From assembly GCF_902459465.1 (NCBI RefSeq), contig NC_047062.1, positions 22,072,001 through 22,136,000 of the forward strand: a DNA stretch of 64,000 nucleotides, written 5' to 3'. Position 1 is the stretch's first letter. The number at the start of each line of letters is the position of its first letter. Shown here piece after piece: positions 12,101 to 22,900 of the stretch. This stretch comes from Asterias rubens. Lineage: Eukaryota. The translations under genes were made by a program, and so were the position numbers. The notes beneath the pieces were generated by a model that saw only the letters and a program-made list of their open reading frames with translations, made no database searches and was not told the origin of the DNA.

Positions 12101-14074
12101 CCTCAAGGCCAGTATGCTCAAGTGTTTTTGCCTGAGGTATTTATACAAGTTTTTGTTTTCTTTATCAGTTCTTTCATTGGTGCCTTTGGGACGTTCATTG
12201 GAAATGTCATCATAACTGTTATGGTTTTTATCTCGGCCATCAACATCACGGAGGGTTATTCAGCTTGGTGTCGACTGATTGAGCAAGCAGCATCAAGGTA
12301 AAATCCTTACAGGGCCCAATTTCATAGAGCTGCTAAGCACAAAAGTTTGCTTATCATGACATTTTTCCCTTTATAAAAACAGGATTACCAACCAAATTTT
12401 AATTTGTTACATATTGCTTGTTACTGGTATCCAGTTGTTGTTTGCTTACCCTGAAAATCACATTTTTTTGTTAAGGGAGAAAGTTCATGCTAAGCAATTT
12501 TTGTGCTTAGCAGCTCTATGAAATTGGGCCCAGGTCTTGTGCTTTTTAATAAATTAAAATTGGTTCACTTCATGTATTGTTTTAAATCTGATGTGTTACA
12601 TGCTGAATCACTATAGAATTCATTCATCAACCTAAACTCTACACTTTTCCGGCAGTAAAGAGATGGAGGCTGTCAATCATAAAGTAATTTTTTGTGGAAC
12701 TACCCACATAATGTTTAAGTTCCACAGATTATGTATTTTGTTTTGTAAAGGCAAGCCGCTACAAGCTACCTGGCTTATTTTTGGCCTTGCTTCCACGCGC
12801 TTTCCCCTTATTTTTGTTTCCTTTCTGTATTTTATTTATTTATGTATGCATTACAATGTAGCTCTGTATTATTTGTGGAAATGTGTTTGTGGAAATAAAT
12901 GTGAATTGAATTGAATTGAGGTGATATTTAAAATTTTACTGAGCCATGGTTATTTTTGTTTGATTATTTCTTGTTCTTGCAGCTGCTCTTTGGCTGGATT
13001 TGAAGAGAACATTTGGAAAAAACTTAAATATATCAAGCCAGACAACTATGCAGTGGAGTTGGGAATGGTGCAGGTAAGCAAGATTCAGGAGTATCTCTGA
13101 GACCAATGGGAGACTTAAAGACACTGGACACTATTGGTAATTGTCAAAGACCAGTCTGTCTTGTCACTTGGTGTATCTCATCATATGCATAAAGTCTGTG
13201 AAAATTTAAGCTCAATTGGTCATCGAAGTTGCGAGATAATACTGAAAGAAAAAATACCCTTGTCACACGAAGTTGTGTGCGTTCAGATGCTTGATTTCGA
13301 GACCTCAAATTCTACATCTGAGGTCTCAAAATCAAATTTGTGGAAAATTACTTCTTTCTCAAAAACTATGTTACTTCAGAGGGAGCCGTTTCCCACAATA
13401 TTTTATACTATCAACCTCTCCCCAAAACCAAGTAAGGTTTTATGCTAATAATTATTTTGAGTAATTACCAATAGGGTGGCACGGTTGGCTTGTGCGTAAA
13501 GGGCTCGCCTCTCACCAAGGTCACCCCGGTTCAAAACCCGGCCAGGGCCATATTATGTGAGTTGAGTTATGCGTTGGTTCTCTGCTGTGCCACAAGGGTT
13601 TTCCAGACTATCCGATTTTCTTCCCTCGGGAAATATCAAACAACTTTGATCTTGGCTGTGCTCCGTGGTCATAATGGGTTGATGTGGCTGGCAGCTGAAG
13701 GCGCCTTTGCATGCCTACTTCTCGAACACGTTGTAGACGCGTCATTCGCAATTCAGCTCTAGCTGTGAGTAAGGATGATTAGCCCCCTAAATTATTAAAA
13801 GTGCTCTGTGAAAAAATCAACCCTTGACTCACTTTACTTTAAAATTGTTTCGAGTTTGTCACACTTCTTGTGGAAGGTTGATTCTTCATATAAGCTTGTT
13901 TTGGTATTATTATTTTTACAGTTTGGACTTTGGTCTGAGTTTCTGATCTGGCTGTTCCTCAGCATTTTCTCCATCATCAAGTTGATCAAGTACAACCAGC
14001 AGGAGTCCATCATACGCAGCCTGTCCCGGGAGAGACAAAGACTTCTTGGTCACTACAGACAGCCAGACTTTTAA
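9144..14074 (+). CDS. TMEM179: Transmembrane protein 179-like, 5 coding exons, 221 aa
   Basis: join(9144-9291,11037-11181,12169-12297,12983-13073,13922-14074) = 666 nt. All introns are GT-AG and phases are consistent; start context is ACCATGG. Peptides LCQVTAYLLCAIFSFFVFAPM..FNGNCLLF, WGSPGGCNF, GYSAWC and QFGLWSEFLIWL..KYNQQESIIRSL match human TMEM179 as recalled ([56 protein letters not shown]). TMEM179 versus TMEM179B is not resolved. Confidence 0.9.
9414..10322. mobile_element. ~909-bp TTAA-flanked non-autonomous DNA transposon (Kolobok/piggyBac-type)
   Basis: TTAA|AGTCACCTGGAAGT ... ATTTCCAGGTGCCT|TTAA with TIR identity 12/14. The interior is CpG-rich and has no convincing ORF. Confidence 0.65.
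10536..11002. mobile_element. Cluster of three tRNA-derived SINE head fragments
   Basis: Fragments at ~10536-10622(+), ~10686-10790(-) and ~10943-11002(-) carry A-box (GCTCARTTGGTAGAG) and/or B-box (GGTTCRARTC)-like motifs followed by the shared tail TTTTCTTTGTTCAACCC. The same family is at ~15985-16060, ~37505-37575, ~43934-44025 and ~63674-63769. Confidence 0.65.
11338..11530. mobile_element. Harbinger-like MITE (GGCCCAATTTCAT TIR family), CTG TSD
   Basis: CTG|GGTCCAATTTCATAAAGCCT ... AGGTTTATGAAATTGGGCC|CTG. Confidence 0.8.
12313..12530. mobile_element. Harbinger-like MITE (GGCCCAATTTCAT TIR family), CAG TSD
   Basis: CAG|GGCCCAATTTCATAGAGCTGCTAAGCAC ... GTGCTTAGCAGCTCTATGAAATTGGGCC|CAG, with a perfect long TIR and a 3-bp TSD. 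Confidence 0.85.
13119..13474. mobile_element. TTAA-type MITE (AGACACTGGACAC family), right end truncated
   Basis: TTAA|AGACACTGGACACTATTGGTAATT at the left. The right end stops at AATTACCAATAG, the reverse complement of CTATTGGTAATT, where a SINE begins. A related copy is at ~45939-46205, with fragments near 24400-24530, 34080-34240 and 61470-61612. Confidence 0.7.
13475..13815 (+). mobile_element. tRNA-headed SINE with V-domain-like core
   Basis: B-box GGTTCAAAACCC, then GAGTTGAGTTATGCGTTGGTTCTCT...CCGATTTTCTTCCC, which resembles the V-SINE core as recalled. A second colinear copy at ~55960-56222 shares GGTCATAATGG.TTGATGTGG and CGAACACGTTGTAG. Confidence 0.65.
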
Positions 14075-16544
14075 AGTTGCCCCCACCCCCAACCTTTGCC
14101 TTCCCCTCTTCCCCATTACTCTCCTTGCCATACCTCTTTCATCTTTTTATATTCTTCGTCTACAAAAAGGGTGATTGTGAGTATACATAAATTGTTCTCA
14201 ATGCCACTTTTTCCCACACATGAATCTTTCTTATACATATCATTTTTGTCATTGTCTTGTATGAATAAACAATGACCTTGGGGTGCAAAGATTAAGATTA
14301 AGATTAAGATTGGCTGAAGAATAATTCCCACAGATGCAATAAACTGTTATGGCAGGCAAGACAAAGAAGTAATAAATATAAAAGAGTAAAACCATGGAGA
14401 TCTACCTCTTTGTTAAAATCAAAGGGAATAAAACAAATTAATCAGAGAAAACAAAACCATACAATTTTCACCGGTCACACATAGATACGGATCTAAGGCC
14501 ATGTCTGAAACTTTGGCTACAGCTACACTAGATCGCGTGTGCTGCCTATTCTTCAACACTGGCAGACGTGCTGATTTAGCTGGGCTGAAATGGGACCAGA
14601 CTATTTTGATTTCCAACCTAAGTTTGGTCACAATTTTCTGATTGCCAGAAAAATACATCTGATGACTGCACCTTGGCATAGAAATATAATTTGAGTTCAT
14701 GACTTGCCAGTCTACTACAAAAAACCCAGTGCCATGTGGCACACATGCATACATTGACTGTTACTCACATAATAAGCTTTCTAAGCAAATTCCATTAGCT
14801 AATTTTGCCAGACTTCTGTCAACTGAATATTGCAATTCAGCCATCCTTGGCACGATGGCCAAGCATGGCATCTCAATCTTTTTTAGATAAGATTGATATG
14901 CCTGGTTAAAACCCTAAATTTGTGAGGTTTAAAAAACAAATAAAAGAATAAAGTTTGAAAAAAAACAAATCGGCCACAAAATGGGCTTTGATTTATCTCC
15001 AATGGTAAAGAAACACCTTTTTTTTACGTTGGTTTAAAATATTAAGTAATCTTTGTGAATTAAGACATACTTTTTTTCTACTGAAATCAGGGTTATTTTT
15101 TCTACTATGGGAATGCCTTTCCTGTTCTTTTTGTAAAACGGACAAAGAGGTTTGTAATAAACACTACAGTAAAAGCCTTTATTGAGTTGAAAACACTATT
15201 GAAGGTATTGGCAGTGATTTTTTTCCACTTTCCTGTGGTGTGTGGGCAATTTAGACACCTTTATAAAACCGATTTGGTATTTTGATACTTTATAATAAGG
15301 TTTAGTCATTTGTGTATAACTTAATCGTGTATAGTTGTAAATTCTTTGGGATTATGGCATTTGATGATAACCACTTTTTTGAAAAAAAGATTTGAGAAAT
15401 TTGTATACAATCACTGCCAATACTTAAAAAGTAGGTTTTTCCACTTCTTTTCACTTTTGCTGCATTCATTTTCTTTTCTTTTTTCTAAATTAGAGTTAAT
15501 AATTGATTCTTGTTGGTCACAATGTATGATACTCTCACCAAGTGAAAGCAGATAACTTTTTTTTATTAAGAATATTATAAAGCAATTAAATACTACAAAA
15601 AGATTACCGACCAGTTCACTACAATAATGCAATTTTTCATTGGGCTGAAAATATGAACGAGTTGTATTGGTTAAAAGTAAATTTGTAGAAAATAAGCCTA
15701 AATGTTGTATATCTCACATAACTGAATGTTTTTGACCCTTCCCGTGAAACATGTAAATTGCACAATACTGGTGGGAAAATTAAGGGCTCATTATTGCACC
15801 TTTTTGCATGGTGCTGATGCTGGCGCAATGCAATATGCTTTTGTTCATCTGCCTACTGCAAAACACCATATCATTTGCCAAACACCTGTACAGTGAAAGT
15901 AATTATAGAATATTATTTCATGGGAAAGTCTAAGTAAACCACAAGGGAAATTGAATGGGTAAATCTTTTAATAATTTTGAACTGAACAATGAAATATTGA
16001 CAAGAGCAGGACTTGGACCTAAGACCTTTGGATTACCGTCAGTGCTCTACCAACTGAGTTTTTTTTCTACATCATATATATGTAAAATAAGTCCATTTAT
16101 AGACAACGCCCAATATTGAGCCAGCCTTTTGAAATATTTGTCATACCTTTCTAAAATGATACTTAAAAACATGAACCTCTGTGGGGGGGGGGTAACATTC
16201 TTACTTTCACAGAAAGTAAGAATGGTGTCACATTTTGTATCTATTTTGTAGAAACTGTATTAAGTTTAAGATATTTCACTTATTATGCAAATTTGGTTGC
16301 AAAAAGGTACAATCTTTCCTTGACAGAACATCTTGTTTTAAACATGTGTTCCATATATTTTTCACTGTTTATTTGTCTTCTTTTGCATAGCTATTTAAAC
16401 AAAAATTACTGTAAATTTGTCTTAAATTTTTTTTTTTTACTTACAAACTAAACGTAAAGCGTGACATTTTGTATAATTAAAGGAATTGACATGACTTACT
16501 CCTACTGTGATTCATTTACAGTTGTAACCGTAGCTAGCAGGGTC

Positions 16545-16640
16545 CAATTTCTCGGCTCTGCTTACTACAGAATTCTGCGCTTACGGCGCCCTGTAAAGTG
16601 AGTGACTCTTAAGGACAGTAAGCAGAGCCATGAAATTTTA
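16545..16640. mobile_element. Short Harbinger-like MITE related to the copy at 55228-55475
   Basis: GGGTCCAATTTCTCGGCTCTGCTTAC ... GTAAGCAGAGCCATGAAATTT inverted ends. It shares GCTCTGCTTAC..GAATTCTGC.CTTAC with 55228-55475. Confidence 0.55.
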
Positions 16641-16999
16641 CTCTGCTGTCAACTTGCAGACTACTTATACATGTTTACAGATTTCAAAGAAATATGTGCA
16701 CAATAAACCTGAAATGAAACTATTATTGGTCTTTTATTCATTTCTACTCGAGATTTTGTACGATTAAAGAATTTTCTTTGGTTTTGTTCTGTAATAACAA
16801 ATTAACTGGTAAGCTTATCTGTAAAGTAAAAAGTTCACAGTTTAACTAATAATAGAGTTTCATATGCTATATCAGGTGTAAGGGTTCTTCTAAGGTGCTT
16901 TCTTGTTTAAAACTGTCCCTGAACAATTCTGTCCGTCAACTTTTTAGATTTGAAATACTTGTTGGTTTATGGCTCATTAATTATGGTCTAACCAGCTAA

Positions 17000-17315
17000 G
17001 GGCACTTGGGTGTCTTTTGAGCGTCTAGGTGTATTTTAGGAATCTTGGTGTCTTTTTGGGCATGTATGATTCTTTGGGTATTTGGGTGTGTAATGACAAA
17101 TGGGTGTCTTTTGGGAATATGGGTCTCTCTTGGGTATCTGGGTGTATTTGCCAAATGGCTTTCGCTTGGGCCGGAATCTGGATATATGTTTTATGTATCT
17201 GGGTTATTTCTTTTTGAGGTTGGGTGTCTCTTGGGAACAAGGGTGTCTGCTAGTCTATGCTGATGTTTAGTTGACATATGGGTATCTCTTGAGGATGATG
17301 GGTGTCTTTGGGGTA
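17000..17315. repeat. Degenerate G/T-rich tandem repeat (GGGTGTCTYTTGGGTATCT-like units)
   Basis: Many GGGTGTCT/GGGTATCT words spaced roughly 10-25 nt apart, with a strong strand bias. Confidence 0.7.
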
Positions 17316-17797
17316 TCTGGTTGAAATGTCATTTGAACTCTCCATATCAAAGACATCCGACTTTTTTAACCAGCAGTCACTTTTGTGTCCGTATATTTTC
17401 AAAATGTTGTTCAGGGAAGAGCTGATAACATAGCAACGTGCATAACAATTTTTTTCTTTCCCATTTCCACCATAATGTATTTTTGTAAATTTGTTATATT
17501 TATTATTTAGGAAAATAAAGAACTACGAGTAAGCTGTACAACAGCTGGTAATATGTTTGTTGCTTATTCTTAAAGGTCAATAAACAATAACGGTCAGAGT
17601 GCTTGACAAACTCATACTGGAGTTTAAATAATTGTAGTACAAGAAAAGTTAATTGAATAAAACATTCTTGAAGTTTTAGATTTCCATTGTAATATCATTT
17701 TCTTTTTGATGTTCAGAACTTATACTAAAAGTCTTGCAGCGGGTTTTGGCTGGACTTTTTCCTATTATCTTTTTTTAGTTCTATAATTGTTTTGGGG

Positions 17798-17981
17798 NNN
17801 NNNNNNNNNNNNNNNNNNNNNNNNNNNNNNNNNNNNNNNNNNNNNNNNNNNNNNNNNNNNNNNNNNNNNNNNNNNNNNNNNNNNNNNNNNNNNNNNNNNN
17901 NNNNNNNNNNNNNNNNNNNNNNNNNNNNNNNNNNNNNNNNNNNNNNNNNNNNNNNNNNNNNNNNNNNNNNNNNNNNNNNNN
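17798..17981. other. Assembly gap (184 N)
   Basis: Run of N characters. Confidence 1.
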
Positions 17982-18029
17982 ATTTGAATAACTTTGTTTT
18001 TAAATCTATTTACATAAAAATACAAAATA

Positions 18030-18204
18030 ATTCTGCTTCGCTGTGTAGTCTAGCCCCCTCTTTAGTCAGTATCCGGCCAGTCATTGTTATTTCGTTCCAT
18101 CCGGTGCCGAAGATTTCAGAGTAAAAACTTGGCGCTTCCTTGCAGCAAACTCTTTTTTTTTGGTCTGAAACCTCCATTCCAGCTCCTGTATTAAAGCTGA
18201 TCAG
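18030..18204 (+). other. Putative non-coding first exon of the RNF8-like gene
   Basis: Donor CAG|GTAAGC at 18205 and a pyrimidine-rich acceptor TTTTTTTACAG|CACAATG at 19933/19934. If these are joined, the reading frame has an upstream in-frame TAA (18122-18124) and no ATG before 19938. The exon start is approximate. Confidence 0.5.
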
Positions 18205-18936
18205 GTAAGCAGCTTATTCTTGCTTGTTGAATGTTCTCAACAACCAAAATATGACCAATATGACTGACAAGTGTTGGTTCAGATTTATTTAGAAATCAGA
18301 ACTTCTTATTGTTGTGAAGTTGACAGCAGTGGTGTGAGCGTACGTGTACGTGCTTTGGACAAGTCGACCCTTGCTTGTACAGGAGTCCTATTTTGCCAAC
18401 CCAAAGAATATGGTAACCCTGTAACTGGGGCGCTGATATACCTTCGGTCAGGCCATCCTCCAAGGTCTTTCTTGCTCCACAGAAAATTGTTGATGTAAAC
18501 GATGCAATGTATGTTATTGTTAATTTGCTATGATTTTCACAACAACACCCAATCCAGCCCAGACACAAAAAACTCCCCAAAATGACAGGAAAAGACACAA
18601 AAAAAAAATACGTAGCTAAAAAAGTATAAAAAAAAATAAAAACCAACAACTGCATAGTTCTTAGTGGTACTGACTACTGGCTTCTCGTTCTCGACATGTC
18701 TATTAATTAATAAGATGCAACAAAACAAGGCATTTTAATACTCTTCTTTTGATTACATTATGTTCTCTAAATTGATTTTGAAAATAATGTTAAGTTCACG
18801 ACCAGAATCAGAGAAACCATCTTTGGACTCTGTAACTAATAGACGGGTGCCCTACCTAAAATACTAATAAATACTATGCACGTCCTTGTGTGATAAAGGG
18901 TCAGCTTGGCCTTTGCCGCTGATGCAATAGAGTAGT

Positions 18937-19786
18937 TGCGATAACGTAACCCTCCTCCCGACGGCCGCACAGGCTGGAGGGTTTTGAAGCTCCCGCAATG
19001 TGTGCAGGGCGAAATGGTTAAAAACGTACAATTTCGACAGCTAGTCAGCAGAATTGGGCCATTTATACCACTTTTAAAAATCATGACACAAATTCTAGGA
19101 ACACGAACTTGATCCTCAATGTCTAATGAATCCTACCATATCACTCAAAACACCATTGAGGAAATAATTTAAAGAAAAAGGACAAAAACTTACCAGATCC
19201 CCGAGCGAAAGAGTAAAAAGTGTCCCAGGTTGAAAATTTGAATCTGAGGGGGGCGTAGCTTCGGCTGTTTGTGCAACGCACCGGGGTCAACGACTCAGCG
19301 CTGCGTGTGGTGCATTGTGTATCCCGGTAACTGTGCAGCCGTAGTCTTGGTTCCAAGACCATTGGTGTTGCGCGGTCACACACAACCAACGTTCCAATCT
19401 ATGCACGGCGAAAACTGTACACGCTTGTAATAATCGAATGTTAGCGGGCGCTCTGTTTCACCGCATGTACAAGACTACGGCTGCACAGTTCCGCCCCCCG
19501 CAGATTCGAATTTTCAACCTGGGACATTTTTTACTCTTTCGCTCGGGGATCTGGTAAGTTTTTGTCCTTTTTCTTCAAATTATTTCCTCAATGATGTTTT
19601 GACATTGAGGATCAAGTTCGTGTTCCTAGAATTTGTGTCATGATTTTCAAAAGTGGTTAAAATGGACCAAATCTGCTGACTAGCTGTCGAAATTGTACGT
19701 TTTTAACCATTTCGCCCTGCACACATTGCGGGAGCTTCGTAACCCTCCAGCCTAGCGGCCGTCGGGAGGAGGGTTACGTTATCGCA
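18937..19786. mobile_element. 850-bp foldback-type element with ~320-bp inverted arms
   Basis: TGCGATAACGTAACCCTCCTCCCGACGGCCGC (18937) is the reverse complement of GCGGCCGTCGGGAGGAGGGTTACGTTATCGCA (ends 19786). Arm homology continues to ~19260/~19490, with an extra inner IR AACTGTGCAGCCGTAGTCTTG / CAAGACTACGGCTGCACAGTT. No clean TSD was found. Confidence 0.8.
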
Positions 19787-19937
19787 TTTAGCAATAAGGG
19801 CACTTTTTAAAACAGTTGTTGATCTACATCCACTACCAGAAATGCATAAAAAATCAGCAGCAAACCCGACACTATTATTTATTTAATATGCATTTATATA
19901 ATACATTTTGTATGTTTTTTTTTTTTTTTACAGCACA

Positions 19938-22900
19938 ATGCCTATAACTAGGAGAGCATATCAACAACTACTTCTTGACCGCAATAGTCATCATCAAATC
20001 GAAAATGGGAAACACCTCAAGCCAAACTGTAGCAAGGTGATGTCACCGAGAACCCAACATTCTTGGAAGTCAAAGGAGTCAAAGGTTGAGAGCCGGACTG
20101 CACAAAATAAGCACCCAGAAGCTGCCCTAAGATCAAGGGAAAATGAACCGCACCCGATCAAGCCTGACCTACATGAAAGTGATGATCATTTAGGTTCTTT
20201 GAAGTGTGTGCATCACGCAAGGGTTGAAGACGCTGATGAAGGATCAGTTTCTGGTATTTGTCTCTCAAAGGAGTGCTCTTCAGGGAAAGAACATAGAAAG
20301 AAATCAACAACAAAAACTTTAGACGGCAAAAAGAGAAAATATTCAGGTAAGAGTTCAAAAGTTAAACCCAAGAAGAAAGTCTTGAAAAGATTTCAAAGTG
20401 ATGAAAAGTTGGTGAAAGATGAACTGGTGAACAACAGTAGCCCTTTGAAGAAAAGAAAGAAGTGTACTCAAGTTGTCTTGGACGCACCCAAATGTTGCAG
20501 CGATAAAGACAGTGTGGAGGCATTGACAAGTAGGCATACAGAAGTAAAAGTCAGGATCGGTTTAGTTCGGCAACACATATTGGATGAACAAACCAGAGTA
20601 GAGAGATTAAGAGTACAACTGGTTAGAGACCGAGACAGTGCTAGAGCATCGTTGGGCTGCCGACGAATTCGTATTCAAAGAGAGGTACAGAAAGTAAGAG
20701 AAAAGGTGCAATCACAAGATAAGAAGAGAATTAAACTGGAAGACATGCGCATACAAAGACAACTTGAGGCAAGCAGGCGCAAACTGGAGAGCGACCGGAC
20801 CGCTATGTATATACAGCTTCACAGAAACTGGAGGGAAAAATTCAATCAGAAGAAACAAGAAGTACGTAATGTAAAGCGAAGCTCTTTGGAGCAATCCAGG
20901 AACTACGAGCTGAAGAAGAGTGCACTGAAGAAGCAGCTGCAGAAAACTTGGGTTGACTTACAGAACAAGGTTTTAGAGATGAGAGACCGAATTGAAACGG
21001 AGATGGTGAAGTACGGACATCGCTGGGACGGAGTGAGCTGGACAAGTAGCTTGGCTGGGAAACACAAATACAGTCTACGTAGGGTGCCAAGAGAAAAGAC
21101 ACATATTTACTGTAGAGCTTGGAAGATGACCAACAAGAAAGAGCCTGAGGCAAGTCAATTTGAGATTAAATTAAATGATATTTGTCAGCTTGGTTCCGTC
21201 TTTTAAAGCAAACCTTAAATATGGTGCACATTACACGTAAACTCATACTCGCATTTCCAAATACAGAAGTCTTTATGACTTTTTGATTTTCTAAATAATA
21301 AGTAGTTCATTTTACGATGACTGTTTTAATGCTATAAGAGATGTGTGTTACTGTTAGCACTGTATACTCAGTACTTTCCCAAGTCCTGTGAAAAAATATC
21401 ACAGACATGTTACTCGGGTGTGATTCGAACCCACGACCCTTGCAATTCTAGAGCAGTGTCTTACCAACTAGACTACCGAGGTTGCCCGGTAGCTAGAGGC
21501 AGTTCGAATCCGATGTTTTGGCAGCGGGTACCGCAACAATATAAGAGATGTTAAATTTGCATCGGGGATAAAGAATATTAATTTTGGTTTTTACCCATAC
21601 ACCGTTTTAATGCTCTTTACATTAGTGCCCTGGTCATTGGGCCAATAACATTCCTTTAATCTTTCTCAGCTCCCTGGGGAGTATACAGCCCTGAGCTGCC
21701 ATTTCGCTCCAAAGGTTTTTTCATACACAGTATCAACTTTGCAGGTCTATACCAATTATAGTAAAGCATATTGCTCAAAGAGAAGTGTAACGACCGGGAT
21801 CTGAACTCATACCCCAATGACTTAACCACCAGAACTTGAATTCAATGCTCTCTTGCCCAAGAAAATGCAAAAAATTACAAACTGATTCCTCCATGAAGTC
21901 AAGTGAACACCGAATCAGTATCAAACCAATGTCTTATCATTTTAATACATTGATTTATTTATATCTAGAGCCCTTCAATAAGCGGAGCAACCGTATACAA
22001 AGAAGCCAAAGTGAAAGCCTTGAATGAGATGTATCAGCTTCTTGACAGTGAACTTCGATGCAGTATTTGCTCGGAACTCTTCATAGCTGTGAGTAAACTT
22101 ACTTATTTATGTGTTATGTAAGTTAGACTCTGACTAAACTGGTAGCTGTCTCTTTACTCGAACAAAAACCGTTCAAAATTGACCGAGTTATGTGCAAAGA
22201 ACACCAGTTGTATACATGCACACAACTTAAGGGATCATTATTGATAATACACTAGCAGGCTAGAGGTCCCCGCTGAGGCCAATTTCACTATGATTGATCT
22301 TGACTGCTTAGCAATCTTAATTGCTAATCAAAGTGTGATGTCGTAATACAAATCACATTGGCAAACAAACCATAGTTAAAGGAACACGTTGCCTTGGATC
22401 GGTCGAGTTGGTCTTTGAAAATCATTTGTAACCGTTTGTTATGAAATGTTTATGGGTGGAAAGATGTTTTAAAAGTAGAATACAATGATCCACACAAACA
22501 TGCCTCAAAATTGCGCGGTTTTCCTTTTACCTCGTCGACTAACACGGTCGGCCATTAATGGGAGTCAACTTTTTGACTCCCATAAATGGCCAACCGTGTT
22601 AGTTCGCAAAGGAAAAGGAAAACCACGTAATTTCGAGGCAATGTTGTGTGGATCATTGTATTCTACTTTTAAAACATCTTTCTAACCATATGCATTTTAT
22701 AACAATTGGTTACAAATGTTTTTTATAGACCAACTCGTCCGATGCAAGGCAATGTGTTCCTTTAAGATAGATCTTAGCGCTTTGTGAAACCGTACCCTGG
22801 CCCATCTTTTTTTCCATTGCTTAAACCACATAGTCCCTTATTGCCTTCTAAGAGGTAAAACGATGACAAAACAAATAAAACACACTGATGTGTACGCGCA

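Noticed and set aside
17765-18124. ORFs spanning the N run
   Set aside because: They are artefacts of translating ambiguous bases.
19908-21206. 432-aa ORF as a stand-alone single-exon gene
   Set aside because: Its first codons lie in a polypyrimidine tract/acceptor, and a consensus GC donor joins it in frame to the RING exons. It is treated as exon 1 of the RNF8-like CDS.
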